Origin: Alphaproteobacteria bacterium
GTDB taxonomy: Bacteria > Pseudomonadota > Alphaproteobacteria > ATCC43930 > CGMCC-115725
DNA length: 56,763 bases
NCBI GenBank assembly: GCA_021324875.1
Contig: JAJPIH010000110.1
Coordinates: forward strand, 1 to 56,763
Direction: 5' to 3'
Shown here: positions 38,651 through 48,025 of the stretch, piece by piece
Layout: the number at the start of each line of letters is the position of its first letter
How positions within the stretch are numbered: the first letter of the stretch is position 1
Notes under the pieces: model-generated
Told to the model about the DNA's origin: nothing
Databases searched by the model: none
What the model saw: only the letters and a program-made list of their open reading frames with translations
Translations under genes and position numbers: made by a program

Positions 38651-40486
38651 ATGCGCATTCTCGGCCTTTCCGCCTTTTACCATGACAGCGCCGCGGCGCT
38701 GGTTGAGGATGGAAAAGTCATCGCGGCCGCGCAGGAAGAACGGTTCACCCGTAAAAAATACGATAATGCCTATCCGCAGAATGCGATCGCCTATTGTCTG
38801 AATGAAGCGAATATCGGCTTGTCCGGGGTTGACTTTGTCGCGTTCTACGACAAGCCGTTGCTAAAATTTCAGCGGCTTCTCGAAACCTACCTGGCATTCG
38901 CACCGCAGGGTTTTGCTTCGTTCCGCCAAGCGATGACTTCATGGCTCGGGGACAAGCTGTTTCAGAAGCGCCAGTTGATCGAGCGCTGCAAGGTGGCCGC
39001 ACCCGGGTTCGATTGGAAAACGCGGTTGCTGTTTTCCGAGCATCATCTGAGCCATGCGGCCTCGGCCTTTTTCCCCTCGCCCTTCACCACGGCCGTGATC
39101 CTGACGATGGACGGCGTTGGGGAATGGGCGACCACCTCAGCCGCCCTCGGCGACGGCAATCGGATCACCATCCTTAAGGAAATTCATTTCCCGCATTCGC
39201 TGGGATTGTTGTATTCGGCCTTCACCGATTTTATCGGTTTTCGTGTCAATTCAGGCGAATACAAGGTCATGGGGCTCGCACCCTATGGCGAGCCCCGGTT
39301 TGTCCAGAGAATACTCGATCATGTGATCGACGTTAAGGCCGATGGCAGCTTCCGGCTAAACCAGGAGTATTTCGGCTATTGCACCGGACTGTCGACGGCG
39401 GGGGAGCGGTTCGCCGAGTTGTTTGAGGTGCCGGCGCGTGCGCCGGAAATGCCGCTCGAAGGCGTCCATATGGATCTCGCCGCTTCGATCCAAGCGGTCA
39501 CCGAACAGGTCGTGCTGCGGCTGACCCGGTCGCTGGCGGCCGAGACCGGAGTGCGCAATCTCTGTCTTGCCGGCGGCGTCGCTTTGAATTGCGTCGCCAA
39601 CGGCAAGGTCCTGCGCGACGGCAAATTCGACCGGGTCTGGGTGCAGCCGGCCGCCGGCGATGCCGGAGGTTCGCTGGGAGCGGCGCTCGCCGCCTATCAT
39701 CTCGAACTCGGCCAGCCGCGGCCGTCTTCGAACCAGCCCGACGGCATGTCGGGGAGCTATCTGGGGCCGGCTTTCGATGATGACGAAATCGCGCGGCGAC
39801 TGGCCGCCGCCGGCGCCGTGTTGACGACGCATGACGATGACGAGATCATTGACCGCACCGCCCGGGCGCTGGCCGCCGAGCAGGCGGTCGGCTGGTTTCA
39901 GGGACGCATGGAGTTCGGGCCGCGCGCGCTCGGAGCGCGCTCGATCCTCGCCGACCCGCGCAGCCCGACCATGCAGCGCACATTGAACCTCAAGGTCAAA
40001 TACCGCGAAAGCTTTCGCCCGTTCGCCCCGGCGGTGCTGCGTGAAGACGTCGCCGACTGGTTCGAGTTCGACGGCGATAGCCCTTACATGCTGTTTGTTG
40101 CCGATGTCGTAGGGCGCCGTCAGCGGGCCATGAGCGCGGCCGAGCGCCGCCTGTTTGGCATCGATAAGCTCAACGTGGTCCGCTCGGACATCCCGGCGGT
40201 GACCCATATCGACTATTCGGCTCGCATCCAGACCGTACACCGCGACACCAATCCGCGCTTTCACGCGCTGATCAGCCGTTTCAAGGCCTTGACCGGTTGT
40301 CCGGTCTTGGTCAACACCAGCTTCAATGTGCGTGGCGAGCCGATCGTGTGCACACCCGAAGACGCATTCCGCTGCTTTATGGGTAGCGAGATCGACGTGC
40401 TCGTGGTCGGCAATTGCTTCCTATGCAAGAAGGAGCAGTCGCCGGCGCTGCGCATCGACTATCGCGGCCGCTTCGATCCCGATTGA
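38651..40486 (+). CDS. carbamoyltransferase (NodU/CmcH family)
   Basis: 611 aa. N-terminus MRILGLSAFYHDSAAALVEDGKVIAAAQEERFTR and HHLSHAASAF are hallmarks of the NodU/CmcH family. Confidence 0.9.
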   Translation: MRILGLSAFYHDSAAALVEDGKVIAAAQEERFTRKKYDNAYPQNAIAYCLNEANIGLSGVDFVAFYDKPLLKFQRLLETYLAFAPQGFASFRQAMTSWLGDKLFQKRQLIERCKVAAPGFDWKTRLLFSEHHLSHAASAFFPSPFTTAVILTMDGVGEWATTSAALGDGNRITILKEIHFPHSLGLLYSAFTDFIGFRVNSGEYKVMGLAPYGEPRFVQRILDHVIDVKADGSFRLNQEYFGYCTGLSTAGERFAELFEVPARAPEMPLEGVHMDLAASIQAVTEQVVLRLTRSLAAETGVRNLCLAGGVALNCVANGKVLRDGKFDRVWVQPAAGDAGGSLGAALAAYHLELGQPRPSSNQPDGMSGSYLGPAFDDDEIARRLAAAGAVLTTHDDDEIIDRTARALAAEQAVGWFQGRMEFGPRALGARSILADPRSPTMQRTLNLKVKYRESFRPFAPAVLREDVADWFEFDGDSPYMLFVADVVGRRQRAMSAAERRLFGIDKLNVVRSDIPAVTHIDYSARIQTVHRDTNPRFHALISRFKALTGCPVLVNTSFNVRGEPIVCTPEDAFRCFMGSEIDVLVVGNCFLCKKEQSPALRIDYRGRFDPD

Positions 40487-40577
40487 GAGCCTCGGTCGCG
40501 AAGCAGCGAGCCGCCGGGGCGCTTGTGTTTCGTTGCACAATCGGTAACCGTTCCGGCTCAAGCGCGGGAGGCAACGC

Positions 40578-41384
40578 ATGGCCAAGACCAAGATCGGAGT
40601 GGTCGGATGCGGCGGCCGGATGGGTCGGATGCTGGTCGCTGAAATCGCCGTCACCGAAGGGTGCGCGGTCGCCGGCGGCAGCGAGGCGCCGGGCAGCGGC
40701 TATGTCAATCAGGATATCGGCGAACTCGCCGGTCTCGGCCGCATCGGGATACCGGTCGGCGAGGCGGTCGACAAGCTGATGCGTGACAGCGATGTCGTGC
40801 TCGAATTCACCTCGCCGACCGCGACGGCAGAGCATGCCGCGCTTGCCGCTAAGCTTGGCAAGCCGATGGTGATCGGCACGACCGGCTTGTCGGCCGAACA
40901 AGGCGATGTCGTGCGCGCCGCCGCCAGTCAGATCCCGATCGTCTGGGCGCCCAATATGAGCCTCGGCATCAATGTCTTGTTGAGTGTGGTCGAGGAGGCG
41001 GCGCGCCGGCTCGGTCCCGATTGGGACATCGAAATCATGGAGATGCACCATCGTGGCAAGGTCGATGCCCCCTCGGGCACGGCCCTTGCCCTGGGCCAGG
41101 CGGCGGCTGCGGGGCGGGGGGTGGTGCTCGAACAGGTCGAGCAGCGCGCGCGCGACGGTATTACCGGCCCGCGGCGGTCCGGCGATATCGGCTTTGCCGC
41201 GTTGCGCGGCGGCGATGTCACCGGCGATCATCACGTGATCTTCGCCGGCGCCGGCGAGCGGCTCGAACTGATCCACCGGGCGACGACGCGGGCGATCTAT
41301 GCCAAAGGCGCGGTGCGCGCGGCGCGCTGGGTTGTGGGTCGGCCGCCCGGGCTTTATGGGTTGAAAGAGGTGTTGGGGCTCTGA
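40578..41384 (+). CDS. dapB: 4-hydroxy-tetrahydrodipicolinate reductase
   Basis: Motifs KIGVVGCGGRMG and EIMEMHHRGKVDAPSGTA. Confidence 0.95.
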   Translation: MAKTKIGVVGCGGRMGRMLVAEIAVTEGCAVAGGSEAPGSGYVNQDIGELAGLGRIGIPVGEAVDKLMRDSDVVLEFTSPTATAEHAALAAKLGKPMVIGTTGLSAEQGDVVRAAASQIPIVWAPNMSLGINVLLSVVEEAARRLGPDWDIEIMEMHHRGKVDAPSGTALALGQAAAAGRGVVLEQVEQRARDGITGPRRSGDIGFAALRGGDVTGDHHVIFAGAGERLELIHRATTRAIYAKGAVRAARWVVGRPPGLYGLKEVLGL

Positions 41385-41408
41385 CCGGGACGGGTGCTCG
41401 GCGGCGGT

Positions 41409-41924
41409 CTAGCCGGGTCGCTCGGGGCCGATCGCGGCGCGCCAGCGCGCCAGCGCGTCGCGGATCGTCGCAGCCAATTCGCGGCGCGCCGCCGGCGCCA
41501 GAAAATCACCAATCGCCAAAAAGCGACCGTGAGAGGCGACAAACAGCCGGTTGCGCTCGGCGTCGCGCTCGTCGAGCACGACCCTCATCCAGAAGGGCTG
41601 AAACCGCCATATGCGGCGATTGCCGCGGATATTGATCCGTTCGACCGTAAAGGTGTCGCCGGCCAAGCGCAGGATCTCGTTCTGCCGCGCCCGGCGATAG
41701 TTGATGCGGAAGGCAATGTAAACGAGGCCCACGTCGAGCCCGAAAAAGCCGGTGACCGGCCACGCCCCGAGCGACACGAAACCGATGCCGACGCCAAGAC
41801 TGATCAGCCCCAGGATCAACATCAGCAGGTGAAACCCGCGCGGCGGAAGGCTGCGATGCGGCAGCAGCACGCGTTCGAGAAAGAGGTCGCCAGCCGGCGC
41901 GGCGGTCGAAGCACAGGAGAGCAT
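41409..41924 (-). CDS. DUF2244 family integral membrane protein
   Basis: 171 aa. Two TM helices follow LLPHRSL...GF, then a soluble tail (FWMRV). This is typical of DUF2244. Confidence 0.7.
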   Translation of the reverse strand: MLSCASTAAPAGDLFLERVLLPHRSLPPRGFHLLMLILGLISLGVGIGFVSLGAWPVTGFFGLDVGLVYIAFRINYRRARQNEILRLAGDTFTVERINIRGNRRIWRFQPFWMRVVLDERDAERNRLFVASHGRFLAIGDFLAPAARRELAATIRDALARWRAAIGPERPG

Positions 41925-42023
41925 GTCGCGCTCGACGTTACGGTGCGCAGGCGGTTTCGTAAAGAGCGGGTCGCGGCCGCACCGGATTTGCCGGCCGCGA
42001 TCGGGCGGCCTAGACTGACAAGA

Positions 42024-42797
42024 ATGCGCCCTATGACCAAAACCGAGATCCGGGAATTCTACCGTCGGTTAGCCGCGGCCCGTCCCATTCCGCGCACCGA
42101 ACTCGAATTCATCAATCCCTATACGTTGCTGGTTGCCGTCGTGCTGTCGGCGCAGGCGACCGACGTCGGCGTCAACAAGGCCACCGAGAAATTGTTTGCG
42201 CTGGCCGATACGCCCGAAAAAATGCTCTCGCTTGGAGAAGAGCGTCTGGTCGAGCATATCCGAACGATCGGCCTGTTCCGCACCAAGGCGAGGAACATCA
42301 TGGCCCTGAGCCGGATCCTCGTCGAGCGGCACCAGGGCACGGTGCCACGGGACCGCGCCGCGCTGGAAGCGCTGCCGGGGGTTGGACGCAAGACCGCGAA
42401 TGTCGTGTTGAATGTGGCCTTTGGCGAACCGACGATCGCCGTCGACACGCACATTTTTCGCGTGGCCAATCGCACCGGACTTGCGCCGGGCAAGACCCCG
42501 TTCGAGGTCGAGATGGCGCTCGAACAGCGCACGCCGGCCGCCTACAAGCCTTACGCCCATCATTGGCTGATCCTGCATGGCCGCTATGTGTGCAAGGCGC
42601 GCAAGCCCGACTGCGCCGATTGTGTCGTCGCCGATCTCTGCCGTTACGAAGCGAAGACCGGGCCGGCCGAGTTGATCGCCGCCCGCGCTGCCGGCGCGGA
42701 AGGCGGGCCGCCGGTCGCTCCCAACCCTCGGCGCCGTCGGTCGGCGCCGGCGCCGGCCACCGGGCGGCCAGTCAACCGGCGGCGCACGCCGCGGTAG
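42024..42797 (+). CDS. nth: endonuclease III with a basic C-terminal extension
   Basis: HhH-GPD motifs LPGVGRKTANVVL and VDTHIFR, and Fe-S ligands CKARKPDCADCVVADLC. ATG 42024 (or 42033). About 50 extra Arg/Pro/Ala-rich residues follow the cluster. Confidence 0.9.
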   Translation: MRPMTKTEIREFYRRLAAARPIPRTELEFINPYTLLVAVVLSAQATDVGVNKATEKLFALADTPEKMLSLGEERLVEHIRTIGLFRTKARNIMALSRILVERHQGTVPRDRAALEALPGVGRKTANVVLNVAFGEPTIAVDTHIFRVANRTGLAPGKTPFEVEMALEQRTPAAYKPYAHHWLILHGRYVCKARKPDCADCVVADLCRYEAKTGPAELIAARAAGAEGGPPVAPNPRRRRSAPAPATGRPVNRRRTPR

Positions 42798-43002
42798 CGG
42801 TTGTGTCGACAGCCGCAGGCGCAACGGGCCGGCCATTCATCATGGCGTTGCCTTACCCGCCACGGACGGGGTTCCGCCCAATGCTCTGACAATGCGCCCT
42901 CATTCGGGCGGGATGTGAGATCCCTCACAGCCAATGGCTTTCTCTCGATGCATTTTAGGTGCGGGCTTCGCCATTGCGCGCTAAACCGGAAGGAGGCCGC
43001 AA

Positions 43003-43344
43003 ATGAACGGCATGCATTACCAGCACAATTACGCCTACAATACCGGCTCCGACGACTACACCGCTTCCTATCACTGGGAGCTGCCGCCTACCTCGACGAT
43101 CCTCCAATTATCGCTATCGAGTTACTATGAATTCGATGATCAGGCACATGTGCAGATTGGTTTTACGCATGACGAGTATTTGGATTCTCAGGGAGTCACC
43201 CGCCATGACGATTACAGCGAGGTGCCGGAATATCCAACGGCGCTGAGCATCAACGGGCTGACGCGGGCCGATTGGGAGATCACCGTGGCGAATTGTTGGG
43301 CGGATTGGTTGCTGAATGCGTTCTTCTGGGACAATGTCTGGTGA
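43003..43344 (+). CDS. hypothetical acidic/aromatic-rich protein (113 aa)
   Basis: Strong SD (GGAAGGAGG) 6 nt before the ATG. It is clearly AT-richer than its flanks (about half G+C in the first 60 nt by hand count). No family recognised. Confidence 0.5.
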   Translation: MNGMHYQHNYAYNTGSDDYTASYHWELPPTSTILQLSLSSYYEFDDQAHVQIGFTHDEYLDSQGVTRHDDYSEVPEYPTALSINGLTRADWEITVANCWADWLLNAFFWDNVW

Positions 43345-43358
43345 TCGGGGAGGTCGGC

Positions 43359-43670
43359 ATGATGAACGGATCGGGCGGGGCAGCACCGCGCATCGCTGCC
43401 ACGCACAACGTCGCGCTGTTCGATCCACGCGACGGGCGGATCGTGCATATGCATCACGTCGTCGTTTTTGCGGGCGGGAAACCCGTTACCCCGCAGCAGG
43501 CCGAAAGCGAAGCGGTGGCGATTGCGCGCCGCCGCGGCCATAAGGTCGATCGTCTCGAATTGTTGACGGTGGCCGGCCCGCTGCCGCGCGAGAAGGGCCG
43601 GTTCCGGGTCGATCTGGCTCGCCGGGCACTGGTCCCGCTGGAGGACCCGCTTCGCCGCCGCGGCCGTTAA
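43359..43670 (+). CDS. hypothetical protein (103 aa)
   Basis: ATG 43359 follows GGGGAGG and lies 14 nt after the previous stop. No family recognised. Confidence 0.45.
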   Translation: MMNGSGGAAPRIAATHNVALFDPRDGRIVHMHHVVVFAGGKPVTPQQAESEAVAIARRRGHKVDRLELLTVAGPLPREKGRFRVDLARRALVPLEDPLRRRGR

Positions 43671-43727
43671 GCCCGGCGGCCGCCACCGGATCGACGGCGG
43701 CGCAGGCGGGCCTCGCCCCCAAGGTCC

Positions 43728-44315
43728 CTATTCGGCGACGTGTGCCGGACTGGCGCTCGCCGCCGCGCCGGCGCCTTCGTCGACCGGCTGCGCCTGGATA
43801 TCACCGGAGATCTGGCCGCCGCACTCGATCTCGATCTGGCCATAGCGGATGGTCCCCGAGACCCGGCCGGTGGATTTGATCAGGAGCCGCTTGCGAACCA
43901 CAAGGTTGCCCTCGAACCGGCCGCGCACCTCGGCTTCGTCGATCGAGGCCGAGCCCTTGAACAGGCCGCTCTCGGCGATATCGACGTCACGGCAATTGGT
44001 CAGATTGGCCTCGACGCTGCCCTCGATGAACAGCTTGTCACAGGAGGTGATTTCCCCCGATAGGGTGATTTCGGGGCCGACGCTCAGACGGCGCAGTTCG
44101 CCGGCAGCCCGCGCCTGCGGCGCGACCTCGCCGGGACGGCGCAACGGTTCGCCCGGGCGCACCGCCTCGACCGGCCGCAGCGAATCGCCCGGCCGCGACA
44201 GATCGGCGGTGCGCGGCGGCATCGCCGGCGCCCGCACCGGGGCCGCTGCGGGCGGGGTGACGGCCGGTCGAGCCGGCTTGGTCGGGATGCCCAGATCGTC
44301 TGACGACTCTGCCAT
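43728..44315 (-). CDS. bactofilin (polymer-forming cytoskeletal protein)
   Basis: The C-terminal core (ITLSGEITSCDKLFIEGSVEANLT...GRFEGNLVV...GRVSGTIRYGQIEIECGGQISGDI) is the DUF583 beta-helix repeat. The N-terminus is Pro-rich. ATG 44315 follows AGAGGA. Confidence 0.85.
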   Translation of the reverse strand: MAESSDDLGIPTKPARPAVTPPAAAPVRAPAMPPRTADLSRPGDSLRPVEAVRPGEPLRRPGEVAPQARAAGELRRLSVGPEITLSGEITSCDKLFIEGSVEANLTNCRDVDIAESGLFKGSASIDEAEVRGRFEGNLVVRKRLLIKSTGRVSGTIRYGQIEIECGGQISGDIQAQPVDEGAGAAASASPAHVAE

Positions 44316-44683
44316 TTTACGATCCTCTGTTTCGCTTCGCTTGCGGCTGAACATGGGTCGGACATCCGCTCGACAGTGTTGCGGGACAGCTCGTTTCACA
44401 GCAGGCGCCGGCGACCCCCGCTGCAGCAACGCTGCAAAGGGCATAACCTAAAGACGGCGGCATGATCGGTGCCGCGCGGTTGGCGAGCCGCACAAACAAA
44501 GCGCTCGCAATTGCGATCCCGCACGCAGAATCTGGCCGGCAAAGCGAAGGCGCATGCTGTTCGCCTCCACCGCGTCGAGCCGTCTCAAGGCCGCCACTTC
44601 GAAATATCCCCGAGCGCGAGAATATCCGTTTGTAACCGGAAAGAGAACGAGATTTATTCCGACACCGGCACCGCCGGATTTGC

Positions 44684-46215
44684 TCAGGTACCGGCGGTGG
44701 GTTCGGAGATCTTTCGCTGGCGCCGGTAAGAGAGCGCCTCGGCAATGTGGCGCCGACCGACGATACTCGCTCCTTCAAGATCGGCCAGGGTTCGCGCAAC
44801 CCGCATGACCCGGTGATAGCCCCGCGCCGAGAGCCGCAGCCGCTCGGCGGCACGGACCAGCAATGCGCGCCCCTCGCGATCGGGGGCGGCGACCTCGTCC
44901 AACAGCCCGCCATCGGCCTCGGCATTAGTGCGGATGCGCCGATTCTCGGGCAGCTTGGCGTAGCGTTGCGCTTGCCGCTGGCGGGCGGCTGCAACCCGCC
45001 GGGCGACTGCGGCCGTCCCCTCGCTCGGCGGCGGCAGCGAAAGGTCCGCGGCCGATACCGCGGGCACATCGATATGCAGATCGATGCGATCGATCAGGGG
45101 CCCTGACAGCCGGCTCTGATATTCCTCGGCGCAGCGCGGTGCGCGGCCGCAGGCCTGATCGGCCAGCTGCCCGCAGCGGCACGGATTCATCGCAGCGACC
45201 AACTGAAACCGCGCCGGATAAGTCACATGGCCATTGGCGCGGGCGACGCTGACCCGTCCGGTTTCGAGCGGCTGGCGCAAAGCTTCGAGTGCGTTGCGGT
45301 TGAACTCCGGCAATTCGTCGAGAAACAACACCCCTTGATGGGCGAGCGAAATCTCGCCGGGCCGCGCCCGCATCCCGCCGCCAATCAGCGCCGGCAGCGA
45401 GGCCGAGTGATGCGGGTCACGAAACGGCCGTTCGCGGGTCAGCCCGTTACCGCGCAGACCGCCGGCAACCGACTGGATCATGCCCAGCTCGAGCGCCTCG
45501 GCCGGTTCGAGCGGTGGCAGCAGTCCCGGAAGTCGCGCGGCCAGCATCGATTTCCCGGACCCCGGCGGGCCGATCATCAACAAATTGTGGCCGCCGGCGG
45601 CGGCGATTTCGAGGGCCCGCTTGGCGCTCTCTTGGCCCTTGACGTCCTTGAGGTCGAGCCCGGCGGTCGCCGAAGCCGCCAGCCGTGGCTCGGGCGGGGG
45701 CAGCAGCTGGGTGCCTTTGAAATGATTGACGACGGCCAACAGGCTCGGAGCAGCGATGACCTCGATCTCACCGGCCCACGCCGCTTCCCCGCCGCAGGCG
45801 GCCGGACAGATCAAGGCACTGTCATGGGCCGCGGCAAACAGCCCGGCGATCAATACCCCGGCCACGCCGGTGATCGAACCGTCAAGCGAAATTCACCCAA
45901 TGCCGTGTGGTTGGCCAGTTCGTCGGCTGGCAATGCCTCCATCGCAACCAGCAGCGCCAGCGCGATCGGCAGATCGAAATGGCTCCCCTCTTTGAGCACA
46001 TCGGCCGGGGCGAGATTGACCGTGATGCGCTTGGGCGGCAGCGCCAGTCCGAGCGAGTTGAGTGCCGAGCGTACCCGCTCGCGCGATTCCGCCACCGCCT
46101 TGTCCGGCAGACCGACAATCGTAAACGCCGGCAGGCCCGAGGCGATCGTGACCTGGGTCTCGACCTCGATGACCTCGATCCCGTGGAATGCGACGGTGCG
46201 AACCTGCGCGGCCAT
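44684..46215 (-). pseudogene. comM: YifB/ComM-family Mg-chelatase-like AAA+ protein, interrupted by a 1-nt frameshift
   Basis: The N-terminal 1/4 (MAAQVRTVAFHGIEV...ALGEF) lies in the frame of ORF 45850..46518. The remainder (SLDGSITGVAGVL...GPPGSGKSM...) lies in the frame of ORF 44684..45865. The junction reads GAA-TT-TCG at about 45890, one base short within a T run. Confidence 0.8.
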
Positions 46216-46351
46216 ACCGTTGCCCGCCCTTAACCCTAAAGTCGAATGTAAAAGCGGAACGGGCGCGGCGCCAGTGCGGCGTGCAGCCGGGCACCGCGAT
46301 GTCTGGCCGCCGCACTCCTTTCTTTGCCGGTCGAGACGCCTCCGGGTCGGC

Positions 46352-47894
46352 TTAGGCGCCGCTTCCCATGCGGGTGGCGTCGACAAAAGCCTCGGTTGCG
46401 GCGTCGATCGCCCGTCCGCGCCGGCCGCGCGGCGCGTGGATATAGAGCGAGGCCGGATTGAGCCGGTTTCCCTCGGCTGCAGGCGGCGAGGGAAGCTCGT
46501 ATTCGACCGGCAAGCCATGGTCGGCGAGCAACAATTCCGGGCGGTAGACGCGGTTCATCTTGAACAGGCTGCGCACGAAATTGGTTTGCCCGCGCGCCAA
46601 CAAGCGCAACACGATACCGCCGGCATCGATCAGCTGGTGCCAGTCGAGGTGTTTTTTGAGGATGGCGCGCTGGGTGGTGACCAGTTCGCGATAAAATTCG
46701 GAGCGGCAGCCGCGTCGGCAACACGGCGTGCTGGATATCGAACAGGCGATAGTCGCGCGTTTCGAGCCGCCGGCTTTCGGTGACCCAGCTTTCGGTGCCG
46801 GGATAGGGCGTGTTGATGCTGATGTTGATGACGTCGGGCATCTCCAGGCACCATTCACGCACGATGCGGAACCGCTCGTGATCCCAGTCGGGGTCGGCGA
46901 TCAGATTGACCGCGACATTGACGCCGAGCGAGCGGGCGAATTCGAGCGCCTCGAAATTGCGGTCGAGCGCGACCCGCTTGCGGAATTTTCTGAGGCCCTC
47001 CTCGTCGATCGCCTCGAGGCCGAGAAACATCGTGACCAGGCCGAGCCGCGCCCACAACCGGAACGCTTCCTTGTTGCGGAACAGCACGTCGCCGCGGGTT
47101 TCGAGGTAATATTGCTTCTTGATGCCGGCGCGGGCGATTGCCTCGCCGATCTCGATCCCATGCCGCTCGTGAATGAACGCCACATCATCGACAATGAAAA
47201 CGCCGGGTTCGCGGATCGACCGCAGATCCTCGATGATCCGCTCGGTGCTGACCAGCCGATAGCTGCGACCGTAAAAGGTCCAGGCGCTGCAGAACGCACA
47301 ATCCCAAGGGCAGCCGCGCGAGAATTCGATCGACGCGCACGGGTCGAGGGTGCCGATGAAATATTTGCGGCGGTGTCGCAACAGATCGCGCGCCGGGGTC
47401 AGCTCATCAAGCTAATGAACAAAGACGGCCGGCGGCCCTTCGCCCTCGGCGGTGACAATCCCCGGCACCGTCAACAGGTCGCGCCCGCCCGCCACCGCTT
47501 CGAGCAGCAGCGGCATTGCCGCTTCGCCCTCACCCTTGAGCACGCAATCGATCGCGCCATTGCCATGGGCGATGATCGCGGCGGCGGTGAACGATGCGCT
47601 GTGCCCGCCGACACAGATGAACACATTGGGAAAGCGCGCTTTGGTGGCCTTGGCCAGATCGACGTTTTCCGGGACATTGGCGAGGTAGTTGCAGGAGAAC
47701 GCGACGACATCCGGGCGGCTCCTTGCGAGCCGGCGGAAATAGGCGCGGTGGTCCTCGACTTGGAGATCGATCAGCTCGACCTGATGGCCGGCGCGCCGCG
47801 CCGCCTGCGCGACGAGCTCAAGGCCCAACGGCTCCAGTCGCAAAAAGATCTTCGTGTACATCAATGGGCCCGGATGAACGCCCAACAGCCGCAT
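46352..47894 (-). pseudogene. B12-binding-domain radical SAM protein, decayed tandem paralog
   Basis: Colinear with the intact copy at 48026..49567. It carries an in-frame TAG at 47412-47414, where the paralog has Ser (VFVH*LDELTPARD vs IFVQSLDDVTPARD). Two nt are missing at about 46700 (LPL-[A]-EFYRELV), which shifts the frame. Confidence 0.8.
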
Positions 47895-48025
47895 CGGATT
47901 TTTTCCCCTTGCCTCGCTGCGCCGCATATAGCGCCTTGGTTTGGCCCCGAGGCAAGTCGGGATGCAGTCCTCGGCGCGGGCCGCGCGACCCACGCAAGCC
48001 AAGCCTCGTGCATTGAGAGCCCGGG

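Noticed and set aside
47412-47414. The in-frame TAG in the radical SAM paralog read as programmed recoding (pyrrolysine or readthrough)
   Set aside because: There are no pyl genes or recoding signals in the window, the position is a plain Ser in the paralog, and the same gene also carries a frameshift. Decay is the simpler explanation.
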